64,000 bases of DNA, from positions 1,276,069-1,340,068 of the forward strand of contig CBDEGF010000003.1 in assembly GCA_965237685.1 (NCBI GenBank). The letters are read 5' to 3'. This DNA comes from Candidatus Marinacidobacterales bacterium (GTDB lineage: Bacteria; Acidobacteriota; Vicinamibacteria; Marinacidobacterales; SMYC01). The first letter of the stretch is position 1. The number at the start of each line of letters is the position of its first letter. A model generated the notes under the pieces. The model did not search any database and was not told the DNA's origin. It worked only from the letters and a program-made list of their open reading frames with translations. A program made the position numbers and the translations under genes. Shown here in pieces: positions 9,405-19,637 of this stretch.

Positions 9405-9875
9405 TTGAAAGGAAATGGGTTGGGTTGCCGATGTCCAGGAGAGTTCGGATCGCGTCCCGTGAGCACCTCACTCGAGACGGTCACGAGAGACTTCGCCTGT
9501 TTTTGGCGATGGAAATCACGACCTAAAGGACGGCCGCCGATCACGGAGGATCTTCAGAAGCTCATCGGGGAGATGGTCAGAGCGAATGTCACATGGGGTG
9601 AAGAGCGCATCGCAAACGAGCTCTTCATCAAGGTCGGTATTGGCGTCTCGCCGCGTACGGTGAGAAAGTACATGCCGCCCAGAGATGACAAAGATCGGCG
9701 GCGAGCGCATTCATCCCAGTCCTGGGCCACGTTCGTACGACGAAAACCTACTCTAACGGCATCCGACGATCGGCGATCGATCCCAACTGGATCGCCAAAA
9801 TCGCGGCGAGAACGCCTGTTCCTGTTGATAACGCGGTACTTAGGTACTCGTGCGCTTACGTGTTCCCAGGTTTGA
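9405..9875 (+). pseudogene. degraded DDE transposase/integrase (HTH N-terminus retained, catalytic core lost)
   Basis: GRPPITEDLQKLIGEMVRANVTWGEERIANELFIKVGIGVSPRTVRKYMP is the conserved N-terminal HTH of integrase-type transposases. SQSWATFVRR resembles the start of the rve domain, but the frame then degenerates. Confidence 0.5.
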
Positions 9876-10112
9876 GTGTGTACTCATCGAATCGCGATGA
9901 TGCCACACGGAGCGCGGTTCCGATCACGCCGGCATCGGCCCGGTGGGCCGTTTTCTCCACAAAAGACGCACGATCCGAGGTCTTAGAGTAGGTTTTCCCA
10001 CGAAAGGGGCCTGGGACCCGTCTAGGGCTCTTTGGAGCGAGCGCGGGGCGCGTTGCTGTTCATCGGCCCAGTCTCCCAGCCGCCGGGCTCAGCTTGACAG
10101 TACCCTATCCAC

Positions 10113-11174
10113 TTACTGCGGAAAGGCAGTGGGTGGCGCGTCCGCATAGCCCTCGCCCTCGAGGGCTTCCATCATCGCCACGAGGGCATCGATCTCCTCC
10201 TCGGTGAGCTCCAGAGGCTGGATCTTGGGATCGAGGTAGGGGTTAGCCTCGCCTCCCCGGTTGTAGAGCTCCACCACCTCGCGGAGGGCGGCGATCGAGC
10301 CGTCATGCATATAAGGAGCGCGCTTTGTGACTTCCCGAACCGTCGGGGTCTTGAACGCCCCCATGTCCTGCTCTTGTTTCGTCTCCGCATAGCGACCCAA
10401 GTCGGCGAACTCTTCCTTCTCGGGGTCCCAGCCCACGCCGATGTTGTGAAAAAGAGCGTCGGTGAAGTTGTAGCCGAGGTGGCACTGGTTGCAGCCCGCT
10501 TTGTCGAAGAAGAGCTGATCGCCGAGCTTCACCGCATCCAACACGGCGCTTTCGTCACCGTCCTTCCACCGATCGTAGGGTGAGTTTCCGCTCATGCGTG
10601 TGCGCTCGTAATCGGCGATCGCCTTGGCGACGCGGTCGGGCGTAATCTCGGGTGTCCCGAAGGCCTCCTCGAAGTAGGGCGCGTAGCCCTCGATGCCTTG
10701 GAGCTCGCCGATCATCGCGTCCACGGTATTGCCCATCTCGATTGGGTTGGCAACCGGGCCGAGCGCTTGATCCTCGAGCGAGGCGGCGCGCCCATCCCAG
10801 AACATATGAGGAAAGAGCGCCCAGGCGGCGTTGATGAACGTGGGAGCTTTACGACCCCCCTTCTGACCGTCGATCCCCGTCGAGACGGGGGTCGGTTCCG
10901 AGAACGCGCTCTCCGGCCGATGACAGGTCGCGCAGGCGATCGTGTCATCGGCGGAAAGACGCGTGTCGTAGTAGAGCCAGCGGCCCAATCGCACCGTCTC
11001 CTGCGTCGGCGGATCCTCGAGCTCACTAAACTGATGGCCGACGCCCAGCGGCGGCTCGGGAAGCGGCTGGATGGGGTTGGCAGCTTCCCACTCGGGCGTG
11101 GGCTCGCTACAGCTCACCACGGCGAGAGTGGCTAGGAAAACCCCCGCGGTCCAGTAGCATGGTCTAAGTTTCAT
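10113..11174 (-). CDS. ccp: di-haem cytochrome c peroxidase (CCP/MauG family), lipoprotein
   Basis: ORF track. Two CxxCH haem motifs (CATCH, CNQCH), FDKAGCNQCH, PYMHDGS. Lipobox LAVVSC. Confidence 0.9.
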   Translation of the reverse strand: MKLRPCYWTAGVFLATLAVVSCSEPTPEWEAANPIQPLPEPPLGVGHQFSELEDPPTQETVRLGRWLYYDTRLSADDTIACATCHRPESAFSEPTPVSTGIDGQKGGRKAPTFINAAWALFPHMFWDGRAASLEDQALGPVANPIEMGNTVDAMIGELQGIEGYAPYFEEAFGTPEITPDRVAKAIADYERTRMSGNSPYDRWKDGDESAVLDAVKLGDQLFFDKAGCNQCHLGYNFTDALFHNIGVGWDPEKEEFADLGRYAETKQEQDMGAFKTPTVREVTKRAPYMHDGSIAALREVVELYNRGGEANPYLDPKIQPLELTEEEIDALVAMMEALEGEGYADAPPTAFPQ

Positions 11175-11194
11175 CTCGATCTCCTACCGATTGT

Positions 11195-11884
11195 TTATGA
11201 TTCCTCTTTTCTCAGGTAGAGCCTTGAGTAAAGCAAGGCAGCCAACCCCCCTCCAGCAAGGGGTCCCACCCAATAGACCCAGTGGGCTGCCCAGACGTTG
11301 CCAACCAGGGCGGGGCCAAAGGTGCGGGCTGGGTTCATAGAGGCCCCTGTGAGTGGACCTCCGGCAAGAATGTCGAAGGCCACCACCAGTCCAATGGCAA
11401 ACCCAGCTACCATCTTGAAGGCTCCGTTATCATCAATTGCTGTCGCGAAAACCACGAAGACCAGGAAGAAGGTTGCAATCAGTTCAAAAAGCACGCCCTG
11501 AAGCGGGCTGACTCCCTCGGCCAACACCGGAGTTCCCAATTGAACTGCCTGGCGGACGTCGTCGTCAAAGAGGAATAGCAAGAACATCGCACCAACTGCT
11601 CCGCCCGCGAGTTGCGCCACCCAGTAAACCACGGCTTCCCGGCTGGGGATCTTGCCTGCAATCCAGGCGCCAAAGGTAACTGCAGGATTGATGTGTCCCC
11701 CAGAAATGTGGCCAATCGCCGACACCATGACCGCTATGGTCAGGCCATGTGCGAGCGCGATGCCAGCCAGCCCGACCCCGCCATCGGTCAGTCTGTCTGA
11801 TAAGATCGATCCGGCGCCAATAAAGATGAGTGCCAAAGTGCCAATGAATTCCGCCACGGCCTTTTGTGGGGTGCTGTAAACCAT
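11195..11884 (-). CDS. aqpZ: aquaporin (MIP family)
   Basis: ORF track. Two NPA boxes (GGHINPAVTFG and GASMNPARTFGP) and six predicted TM helices. Confidence 0.85.
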   Translation of the reverse strand: MVYSTPQKAVAEFIGTLALIFIGAGSILSDRLTDGGVGLAGIALAHGLTIAVMVSAIGHISGGHINPAVTFGAWIAGKIPSREAVVYWVAQLAGGAVGAMFLLFLFDDDVRQAVQLGTPVLAEGVSPLQGVLFELIATFFLVFVVFATAIDDNGAFKMVAGFAIGLVVAFDILAGGPLTGASMNPARTFGPALVGNVWAAHWVYWVGPLAGGGLAALLYSRLYLRKEES

Positions 11885-12208
11885 CGGCTAGCCTCCTTGC
11901 GTGTGCGAAACAGAAAATGAAAACAGCTCGTCGCTGCACATTCTAGAAAATGGCGCAGTCACTGTCAAAACGAGCAGCGGCTGCCGCACGTTCTCCACTC
12001 AGAGCGCTTAATTACTAATTAAAACTTGGCCAGTCAGGACGTTGGGTCCCTCCGGCCGGGCGTATGGAGTCTGCAGAAAGCCTGAAGAACCGAAGACTAT
12101 AATCGCCCACCTCGAAGTTCATCACGGAACGAGCGTAAAGCCAAAAGGTCTTCGAAGGCTACCGCCGGGACACCCTCAGAGAGCTAGATACACGATCAAG
12201 CCTTAATC

Positions 12209-12921
12209 CTATCCGGAAGTTGAACGACTCCACCAGGTAGTCGCGATACGATACATCTCGGGGCGGTCGACGTCGAACTCGAACCCGCCGGAGTCGGCGT
12301 ACCGGACGAGGTCCATCCAGTGCCGGGCCCAGCGTTCGCCGTAGTGGGGAGACGCCAGCAGTTTGTCGACGAGCTTCTCCCAGGCATCGGGCGAATCGTC
12401 GTTCAGGAACGCGTCGATCTCGTCGGGGCTCGGTGGCAGACCGAGCACGTCGAGTAGGCGCGCCGCACGAGCGTCCGTTTGTCGGCGGCGGGTACCGGTG
12501 TCAGCCCCTGAGCCTCCATCGCCGAGAACAAAAACGCGTCGATTGGATTCTCGCTCCACCGAAGCTCCTCGACGCCAGGAACCGTTACGCGTACCGGTTT
12601 GACGAACGCCCAGTAGGAGCGTTCCTCGGCCGTGATCGGCCTCTCCTCCAGAATGGCCAGCTCGTCGCCACTCGGTCCGCCGTCGGACGCCGCCTGGGGC
12701 ACACCAGCCAGGGACCCGCCCGATTCGATCCACCGACCGATGAGCTCGACCTGCCGGGCGGGCAGCTTGTCCCGGCCGAACGGCATGAAGGGCCTGACAG
12801 AATGTGCCACGTACTGGTAGAGACGACTCGCTCCGGGATCGTGGGCGGCGACGACCCTGCCGTTCTGCCCCCCTCGCTGGAGTGCGTATTCCAGCCATCG
12901 TGAACGCCGAATCCAGAGCAA
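12209..12921 (-). pseudogene. PSD1-type protein (PSCyt/DUF1549 region) fragment with a frameshift. It lacks the signal peptide, the haem motif and the DUF1553 C-terminal half.
   Basis: ORF 12403..12921 ends ...[20 protein letters not shown]...[21 protein letters not shown] 12209..12898, in another frame, continues [56 protein letters not shown]. This is the DUF1549 signature. The protein is only ~230 aa in total against ~900 expected. Confidence 0.6.
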
Positions 12922-13297
12922 GCTGAACAGCGAATCCGGTGAAGCCGAACGCTCATCGAAGCGGTGAAGTGTTGGGTGACCTTCCTTTCCACTGATTGAA
13001 AACGTGAACCTATCTTACCTGCGTGTTGTGTAGCAAGGGGCGGCAGGTCGGTGCCGGAGGGAGCGGGCGTAAGGAAAGACGCGAAGCGACCTTCCCGCTC
13101 CCGTAGGCAGCGACCTGCCGCGGCCGAACCCCGGGCGATGTGGGGCTGGTTTCGGGGGGTTGCTGGGGTATGGCCTGGCTCGAGAAGACGCTTCCTGAGG
13201 CATTCTCGCGCGTCGTTTTGGCGCCGCATCGTCTGGTACCCCGGGTTTGGCGGTTTCACCCGTTTTTATCGCATCGACGCTGTGGTCCCTCGCTCGC

Positions 13298-14231
13298 TCA
13301 TGCATCGGCGTTGTCAGATGCCTTTGGCGCAGCCTTGGTCTTTCTCAGAGAAGCTCCTTTGAGAGTGATGCGGTGCGCGCTGTGGAGAATGCGATCGCAG
13401 ATAGCGTCTGCCTGGTTTGGGTCGCCAATCGCTTCGTGCCACGATCCAGACCAGCCGAGAGAATGTTTTTCACCGTGCGATAGCTGTAAGAGCTCAAAGC
13501 TTCCGCTCGTGCGCAAGCGGCCTCGAGACGCTCACTGCCCCAGCGGCTGCCTAGTCGCATGACTCCCAGGCAAGAGCGAAATCCCTGCTCCGGGTGAGGC
13601 CGACTCTCTAGAATCCTCGCAACCAGCCTTCCCGTGGCGCGACCTGACTGCTCCGCCCAGTGGAGCAGCCGCGACGGCGTCCACTCCAGGTGCTCCCGAT
13701 GCGAACGTGGCATATGCTCCGGGTTCGTGGAGTAGTGCCCCTTTCCTTTCTTGCGGGGATGCGACGCGACGCGCTTTCCCTTGAACAGGACCTCCACCAC
13801 CGAGGCCGTCACCCGTGCCTCGACTTTCTCGTGAATGAGCTGATAGGGAACGCTGTACAAGTTGTTCTCCACCTCAGTTCCGCCAGGCTGAAGAACGTGC
13901 GATGACGAAGCACCGCCAGGATCCAGCGCTGCGCCACCTGCACTGCCGACTCCACCTTCGCTTTGTCTTTCGGCTTGAACACCCGAGCCGGGACCACAAC
14001 CGCACCGTAATGCGTCGCCAGCTCTTCGTACGTCCGGTTGATCCCTGGCTCGTAACGGTCCACCAAATCCACGCCGCTCTTCAAGTTGTCCGGAACCCAG
14101 ATCTCCGTACTGCCACCGAAGTAATCCGACATCCCCTTATGGGCCTTCGCCCACGATTCCAGCGACTGGTTCAGTGTCGCTTCGACGTAGGTGTAACTGC
14201 TCGCGCCCAACGTCCCGACGAACAGCTCCAT
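13298..14231 (-). mobile_element. IS21-family remnant. istA is N-terminally truncated and frameshifted. An internal deletion joins the istA 3' end to the last ~50 codons of istB.
   Basis: Frame 13809..14231 gives ELFVGTLGASSYTYVEAT...WVPDNLKSGV...KPKDKAKVE (rve core). Frame 13345..13872 gives NNLYSVPYQLIHEKVEARV...HPEQGFRSCLGVMRLGSRWGSERLEAACARAEALSSYSYRTVKNIL (IstA C-terminus) and breaks after LDRG. Frame 13298..13516 gives ...ADAICDRILHSAHRITLKGASLRKTKA, the IstB C-terminal end. Confidence 0.7.
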
Positions 14232-16128
14232 TTCGACGAGCTCTCCCGTTTTCGGCTCGGTGTGAGTCGGCGGGAGTTGTACGAAAGGCTAGACCGGCCC
14301 GTACTGAAACCGCTACCGCAGGAGAGCTACGAGTTATCGACGTGGAAGCGGTGCAGAGTGAACATCGACTACCACGTGGAGGAAAAATGTTTGCTTTCGA
14401 GCAACTCACTCGTAGGTCGGTACAATTCTTCCTGGCCGCCATCATGGTTCCGGCGCTGACAGCAGCCAACGAGATCACCATCACCTCGGACCAGCTCCAC
14501 GCTTTCGACTGGCGCTTCGTCGGACCACAGGGTAACCGCGTGAGCGCGGTGGTTTGCGAGGTGATCGGCAAGCAGATGGAGGACCTGGACATCATCCTGG
14601 TACGAACTTCAGGTACGGTGGCGCTGCGAGACGCGCTAGCCGAGGTTAGTGGTGAGCTCGTGTCGGTCGAGGACAAACTCCTCCAGCGCCAGCTCCACGC
14701 GTCGGACCCCAAGTCGTACCGCGAGCAGATGATGCTTCTACTCCAAGCTACTCTGGTTCTCTGGTGACGTCGGCAAGGGGCGGGCGACATACGCAACACC
14801 GAAGACTTCGGTCCCACCCGCCAGCAGCTCGAGGTCTATGATCTGCTCGAGACGCGGCTGGCGGAGATCGGAGCCGAGTACCAGCGTCTGCTGAACGAAA
14901 CGATCCCGACGTTCAACTCACAGCTGGCGGGCGCTGGCCACGGAAATATCGTCACCGGCTCTCAATGAGCTCGTCTGTCGCCGCTCGGTAGTTCACGAGG
15001 ATCGATATTCCAGGAGCCTTACGACCATGACCAAGCCGAATGTGTGGTTGCGTGTTCTCGCGATCGCTTCCCTGCTCGCCGCAGTGAGCGACGCCTCTGC
15101 CCAGAGCCGGACGGAGCGCATGGAGCAAGCGCTCGAGAACCTCGCCTGGCGTTCCATTGGCCCCGCCGTCATGGGCGGGCGCACGGTGGACATCGCCGGC
15201 ATCCCCGGAGACCCTTCGACCGTTTACATGGCGACCGCTTCCGGTGGTCTCTTCAAGACCACCAACAACGGCACGACGTGGTCTTCCATCTTCAACAGCG
15301 GCAACACGCTGTCTCTCGGTGCGGTGGCAGTGGCGCCCTCCGATCCGAACGTCATCTACATCGGAACCGGCGAGAACAACCCTCGAAACAGCGCTTCGAT
15401 CGGCGACGGCGTTCCGGAACACACCGCGCTCTTCGTTCGGGCCCCAGTCGCGACGGCGGTGAGACGTGGGAGAAAGTGCTCTACGTCAACGAAGACACCG
15501 GCGCCGCCGACCTCGCCATGGATTCCGAGAATCCGCGCATCCTCTACGCGGGCATGTACGACTTCCGGCGCCTGGCCTGGAGCTTTCGCTGGGACTGGTG
15601 GTCTCCGTGAACCGTTCCCGCGCACGTAGCGGAGAGCCGGCAGGTTGCCGGCGATGTTCTGCCACGTTCTCCCGTAGTCGGTCGTCTTGAACACGGTAGG
15701 GCGCCCGGTCGTTGCTGCGATGCCGGTCGACGGCGGCGTAAGCGGTGCCGGGGCTCGACTTCGATGCCTCCACGCGAGAGACCCACCCGGTGAGCGTCTG
15801 CCCGGGGATGTTGTCGGTCAAATCCTCCCAGGTGGCACCGCCGTCCCGCGTCAGCTGCACCCGACCATCATCCGTGCCGATCCAGATGAGGTGCCGGGTG
15901 AGCGGGGACTCGGAAATCGTGATGATGCTGCAGTGGTACTCCGCGGAAGTGTTGTCGGGCGTGATGGGTCCACCGGAAACCTGTTTCTACGGAGAGAATC
16001 CTCCGTACGGCGCGCTCATCAACTTCTATCTGAAAAATGTTCCGGAAGGCGAGGAGCCATCGGTCACGCTTCGGATCCGCGACGCTGAGGGAGTCACGGT
16101 ACGAACCCTGGAGGAGCCCGCCGGACAG

Positions 16129-16136
16129 GGTATTCA
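16129..16136. repeat. target-site duplication (GGTATTCA), left of IS copy A
   Basis: Identical octamer at 19664-19671. The host BNR-gene reading frame continues across it. Confidence 0.85.
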
Positions 16137-16162
16137 GTGTCCTTGCGGTAGTAGTGCGTGAG
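16137..16162. repeat. IS66-family copy A left terminal inverted repeat
   Basis: gtgtccttgcggtagtagtgcgtgag pairs with the reverse complement of 19638-19663 (24 of 26 positions). Confidence 0.8.
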
Positions 16163-16286
16163 AACGTGGGGGCGATTCGGTAAGCTGAACGCCGGGTGTG
16201 TTGTTTTTCTCGCGGGCAGAGAGAGAGGGAAAAAAGGACTGGACAAACGCTGGCTGACTGTGTAACCTCAGGCTGGGAGGAAAACA

Positions 16287-17201
16287 GTGACCCAGGCAGG
16301 AAACGCTGCACTCGACACCGCAGCCAAGCGACCCACCTTTTGCGGCACGACCGTGACCGCCGAGGAATGGAGCGTGCTGACGGAGATCATCGCCACGTGT
16401 GGTCTGTCCCGGCACGAGCTGGCGCGCACGATCTGTGAGGGCCTGGGGTGGGTTCGTCGGAACGGCAATCTCAAGACCCGGGAATGCTACGAGTACCTGG
16501 AGGTTGTCGAAGCGAAGGGGCTGGTGACGTTGCCCCCGCGTCACGAGCAGCGGCGCCGCGGACCGACGAGCATCCACTACACGAAGGCTGGTCGCGAGCG
16601 GCCACGGCGTGAGGGCAAGCTATCGGACGTCGCTCCGGTGATGCTGGGCTTGGTGGCGAACGCTGAGGAGCGAGCGCTATGGAGGGAACTGGTCGCGCGT
16701 TACCACTACCTGGGCCACAAGGTGGCCTTTGGCGCGCACCTGCGGTACTTGGTCTGGATGTCGAATCCTCGGCGGGAGCTCTGTGGGTGCGTGCAGTTCT
16801 CCTCGGCGGCGCGGTGGCTTCAGGCGCGTGACGGCTTCATCGGTTGGGATGACGCAACGCGGCAGAAGAACCTTCCCCGGGTGGTCAACAACAGTCGGTT
16901 CCTGATCCTGCCGTGGCTTTCCATCAAAGGCCTCGCGAGTCACGTGCTGTCGTTGGCAGCGCGAGTGGTGGTCGATGACTGGGAGGAAGCCTACGGGGTG
17001 AGGCCGGTGTTGCTCGAGACGTTTGTGGAGAGGGAGCGTTACGAGGGGACGTGCTATCTGGCAGCGAACTGGGTGGAGGTGGGAGTGACTTCGGGCCGGG
17101 GCCGGATGGACCGGCACAAGAGAAAAGCCGAAGCGGTGAAAACATGCTTGGTGTATCCGCTGGTGCGTGAGTTTCGCCGAGAGCTCGGCGTTTCGCGATG
17201 A
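16287..17201 (+). CDS. IS-borne accessory protein (winged-helix-like N-terminus plus a conserved C-terminal domain; possibly DUF4338-like, uncertain)
   Basis: GTG start with a GGGAGG RBS. The stop overlaps the tnpC ATG (ATGA). Present in both IS copies. WSVLTEIIATCGLSRHELARTICEGLGW...HYLGHKVAFGAHLRYLVW...NSRFLILPWLSIKGLASHVLS. Confidence 0.55.
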   Translation: MTQAGNAALDTAAKRPTFCGTTVTAEEWSVLTEIIATCGLSRHELARTICEGLGWVRRNGNLKTRECYEYLEVVEAKGLVTLPPRHEQRRRGPTSIHYTKAGRERPRREGKLSDVAPVMLGLVANAEERALWRELVARYHYLGHKVAFGAHLRYLVWMSNPRRELCGCVQFSSAARWLQARDGFIGWDDATRQKNLPRVVNNSRFLILPWLSIKGLASHVLSLAARVVVDDWEEAYGVRPVLLETFVERERYEGTCYLAANWVEVGVTSGRGRMDRHKRKAEAVKTCLVYPLVREFRRELGVSR

Positions 17202-18751
17202 AGGTCGAGCGGGCCGAGCTCCTGCGCCTGGAAGAGCGGCTGTCGAAAGGGGAGATTCCCGAGGATGCGTGTCCGGTGCTGCTCGAGGCGGTGCGTCATC
17301 TGCTGCGATGTCGCTATCGTCGAGGCGCTGGCATGGCGACAACGGAACGTCGCGCGAAACGCACGAAGGCAAAGGGGAAAGGGAAGAACAAGGGCCACGG
17401 GCGCAACGGGGCCAAGGACTACCCTGGTGCCGAGCACGTAGCGGTTTCGCATCCCGAGCTGAAGGCGAGCGGCCCCTGCCCCGAGCCACTGTGCCGGGGC
17501 AAGCTCTACGACACCCATGCGGCGAACAAGGATGTGGAGCTGAAGGCTCAGCCGCCGATCCAGGCGACGGTGTACGAGCGCCAGATGCTGCGATGCGCAA
17601 GTTGCCAGAAGACGTTCACAGCGCCACTTCCGTCTCAGGCCTGGGCGAGCAAGTACCATCCGAGTGTGGACGCGGTCGTTTCGGTGTTGCGCTACGCCAT
17701 GGGCATGCCCCACCACCGCCTGGCGCAGTGGCAAAAGTGGGCGGGGGTTCCGTTTGCCGCCTCCACGCAGTTCGAGCGGGTCGAAGCGATGGCGAATGCC
17801 GTGTTCCCGGTCTTCCGCCACATGGAGACGATAGCCGCGAACCGGCCGCTGGTTCACAGTGACGACACCGGCGCACGGATCCTCACGTTGATGGCGGAGA
17901 ACGAGACCTTGACTCAAGGCAAAGGCGAGCGCACGGGCATCTTCACCACGGGCATTGTTGCCCGCGGCTTGGACGCCACGCTTGCTCCGATCATCCTGTA
18001 CGCGAGCGGACGACGGCATGCGGGCGAAAACATGGACCGGCTCCTGAATCAGCGCACCGTTCAGGAGAGCGATGTCATCCATATGGCCGACGCCTCCTCG
18101 ATGGCACCGCGCTCGCCGCGACGGATTACCGCCAAGTGCATGGTGCACGCACGCCGCTACTTCTTCGAGGCCGAGCCAGCCTTCCCCGAACACTGCGAGC
18201 GGGTGCTCGAGGACATCGCGACCATCTACCGCAACGACGACGAAACGCGCGACATGACCCGCGATGCGCGGCTTGCATATCACCAGCAACACAGCCGGCC
18301 GGTGATGGATGCGCTCTACGAGTGGATCGAAAAGCAGTTCCGCGAGCGCGTGGTGGAGCCCAACAGCCGCCTTGGAAAAGCCTTTTCCTACGTCAAAAAT
18401 CACTGGCAAGGGCTAACCCGCTTCCGCGAAGTGCCGGGCGTGCCCCTCGACAACAACGAGGTCGAGCAGGAGCTGAAGCCCTCACAACGGCATCGCAAGA
18501 ACTCGCTCTTCTTCAAGACCCAGGCAGGCGCCGACGTGGGCGACGTGCTCCTGAGCATGATCCGCACCGCGGTAAAAAACGGTGTCGCCCCGGTGCACTA
18601 TCTGACGAACATCTCCATGCACGCTCGAGACGCTAGAGCAGCACCCGAGTCGTGGCTGCCTTGGAGCTACCAGAAGACGTTGGAAAGGCTCAACCGACCC
18701 GCCGCCACGGCTCGGCCATCCCCGCTCGCAGCGGAAGTCCGTTGTAGATAA
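17198..18751 (+). CDS. tnpC: IS66-family transposase TnpC (517 aa)
   Basis: N-terminal leucine-rich/basic region. Zinc-finger pair CPEPLCRG...CASCQKTF. HSDDTGARIL DDE region. C-terminal ...ESWLPWSYQK, typical of IS66 TnpC. Confidence 0.9.
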   Translation: MKVERAELLRLEERLSKGEIPEDACPVLLEAVRHLLRCRYRRGAGMATTERRAKRTKAKGKGKNKGHGRNGAKDYPGAEHVAVSHPELKASGPCPEPLCRGKLYDTHAANKDVELKAQPPIQATVYERQMLRCASCQKTFTAPLPSQAWASKYHPSVDAVVSVLRYAMGMPHHRLAQWQKWAGVPFAASTQFERVEAMANAVFPVFRHMETIAANRPLVHSDDTGARILTLMAENETLTQGKGERTGIFTTGIVARGLDATLAPIILYASGRRHAGENMDRLLNQRTVQESDVIHMADASSMAPRSPRRITAKCMVHARRYFFEAEPAFPEHCERVLEDIATIYRNDDETRDMTRDARLAYHQQHSRPVMDALYEWIEKQFRERVVEPNSRLGKAFSYVKNHWQGLTRFREVPGVPLDNNEVEQELKPSQRHRKNSLFFKTQAGADVGDVLLSMIRTAVKNGVAPVHYLTNISMHARDARAAPESWLPWSYQKTLERLNRPAATARPSPLAAEVRCR

Positions 18752-19043
18752 GCACCGCCAACTGCTCGGCGGGTAGCGCCGCAACGCCATCCGTCGTCTG
18801 ACGCGGCCACCACTGCAGGCGCCCCTTCGAGAAACGCTTCTGGCACAACCAAAAGCCCTGGCCGTCGTAGACCAATAGTTTGAGGGCCGTGCCTGAACGG
18901 TTGCGGAAAACGAATAGCGTTCCGAGGAATGGGTCGAGCTGGAACTGTTGCCGGCACACACAAGCCAAAGAATCGATGCCCTTGCGGAAATCGACGGGCT
19001 CGCAGGCAACCAGCACCTTCAGCTGGGGAACGAGCTGGATCAT
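18690..19043 (-). CDS. tnpB: IS66-family TnpB (orf2-like). Its 3' end overlaps the tnpC 3' end convergently by ~60 bp.
   Basis: MIQLVPQLKVLVACEPVDFRKGIDSLACVCRQQFQLDPFLGTLFVFRNRSGTALKLLVYDGQGFWLCQKRFSKGRLQWWP matches the IS66 Orf2 pattern. The ATG overlaps the tnpA stop (ATGA). Confidence 0.85.
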   Translation of the reverse strand: MIQLVPQLKVLVACEPVDFRKGIDSLACVCRQQFQLDPFLGTLFVFRNRSGTALKLLVYDGQGFWLCQKRFSKGRLQWWPRQTTDGVAALPAEQLAVLIYNGLPLRAGMAEPWRRVG

Positions 19044-19582
19044 GCTCGGGAGCTGCCTTCCAGCGCGCCGAGCACGAAACGACACACGGCTTCGACCAAC
19101 TCATTCTCACCCTCGCCGCTCGCCGTCACGACCGTGAGGCTCCCCGCTGCGCTCTCCACCGTCAGACGGCATCTGCTCGCTCCATGCTGAACCTCGCCGA
19201 GCGGCGGTGTCATCATGCCGCCCCCTAAGCCCATGCCGAACTGCGGCAGCTCGACGAACGCGTTGCCACTTGGAGCTAACGCCGTGACCCGCTCCGCCGC
19301 GCTCCGATCCTGTACTGTGCGCGGGGACCGACCCGTAGCACCCGTTCGCCCGTGCCCCTTGAAACGCTTCTCGCCCACAACGGCCCCTCCACTCTCTCGG
19401 ACCTGTTTGAATCGCGCCGCATTGACTCGGAGATGACTGCAGATCGTGCTCGGCGCATACCGATCGAGCAACCCCAGCGCCGCTTTCCACAACTCCTCCG
19501 GGATCAGCCGTCCGTGTGGCTTCGCCCGCCATGCTTCGAACTGTTTCACAACGTCTTCGAGTTCTGCCTTCTTTGAGCGCAT
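19040..19582 (-). CDS. tnpA: IS66-family TnpA (orf1-like)
   Basis: 180-aa ORF directly inside the right TIR and upstream of tnpB. It has a basic N-terminus (MRSKKAELEDVVKQFEAWRAKPHGRLIPEELWKAA). The same ORF is in copy B. Confidence 0.7.
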   Translation of the reverse strand: MRSKKAELEDVVKQFEAWRAKPHGRLIPEELWKAALGLLDRYAPSTICSHLRVNAARFKQVRESGGAVVGEKRFKGHGRTGATGRSPRTVQDRSAAERVTALAPSGNAFVELPQFGMGLGGGMMTPPLGEVQHGASRCRLTVESAAGSLTVVTASGEGENELVEAVCRFVLGALEGSSRA

Positions 19583-19637
19583 CGATGGCCTCCTTGAGCA
19601 ATCTCTCCGCTCAGCTTACGAACCCAACAGCACCTAA

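Noticed and set aside
18690-18751. the possibility that the convergent tnpC/tnpB overlap marks two different nested IS elements
   Set aside because: Both copies carry the identical arrangement inside one pair of matching TIRs with their own 8-bp TSDs. The 3.5-kb unit therefore behaves as a single element. A nested origin is possible but not required.
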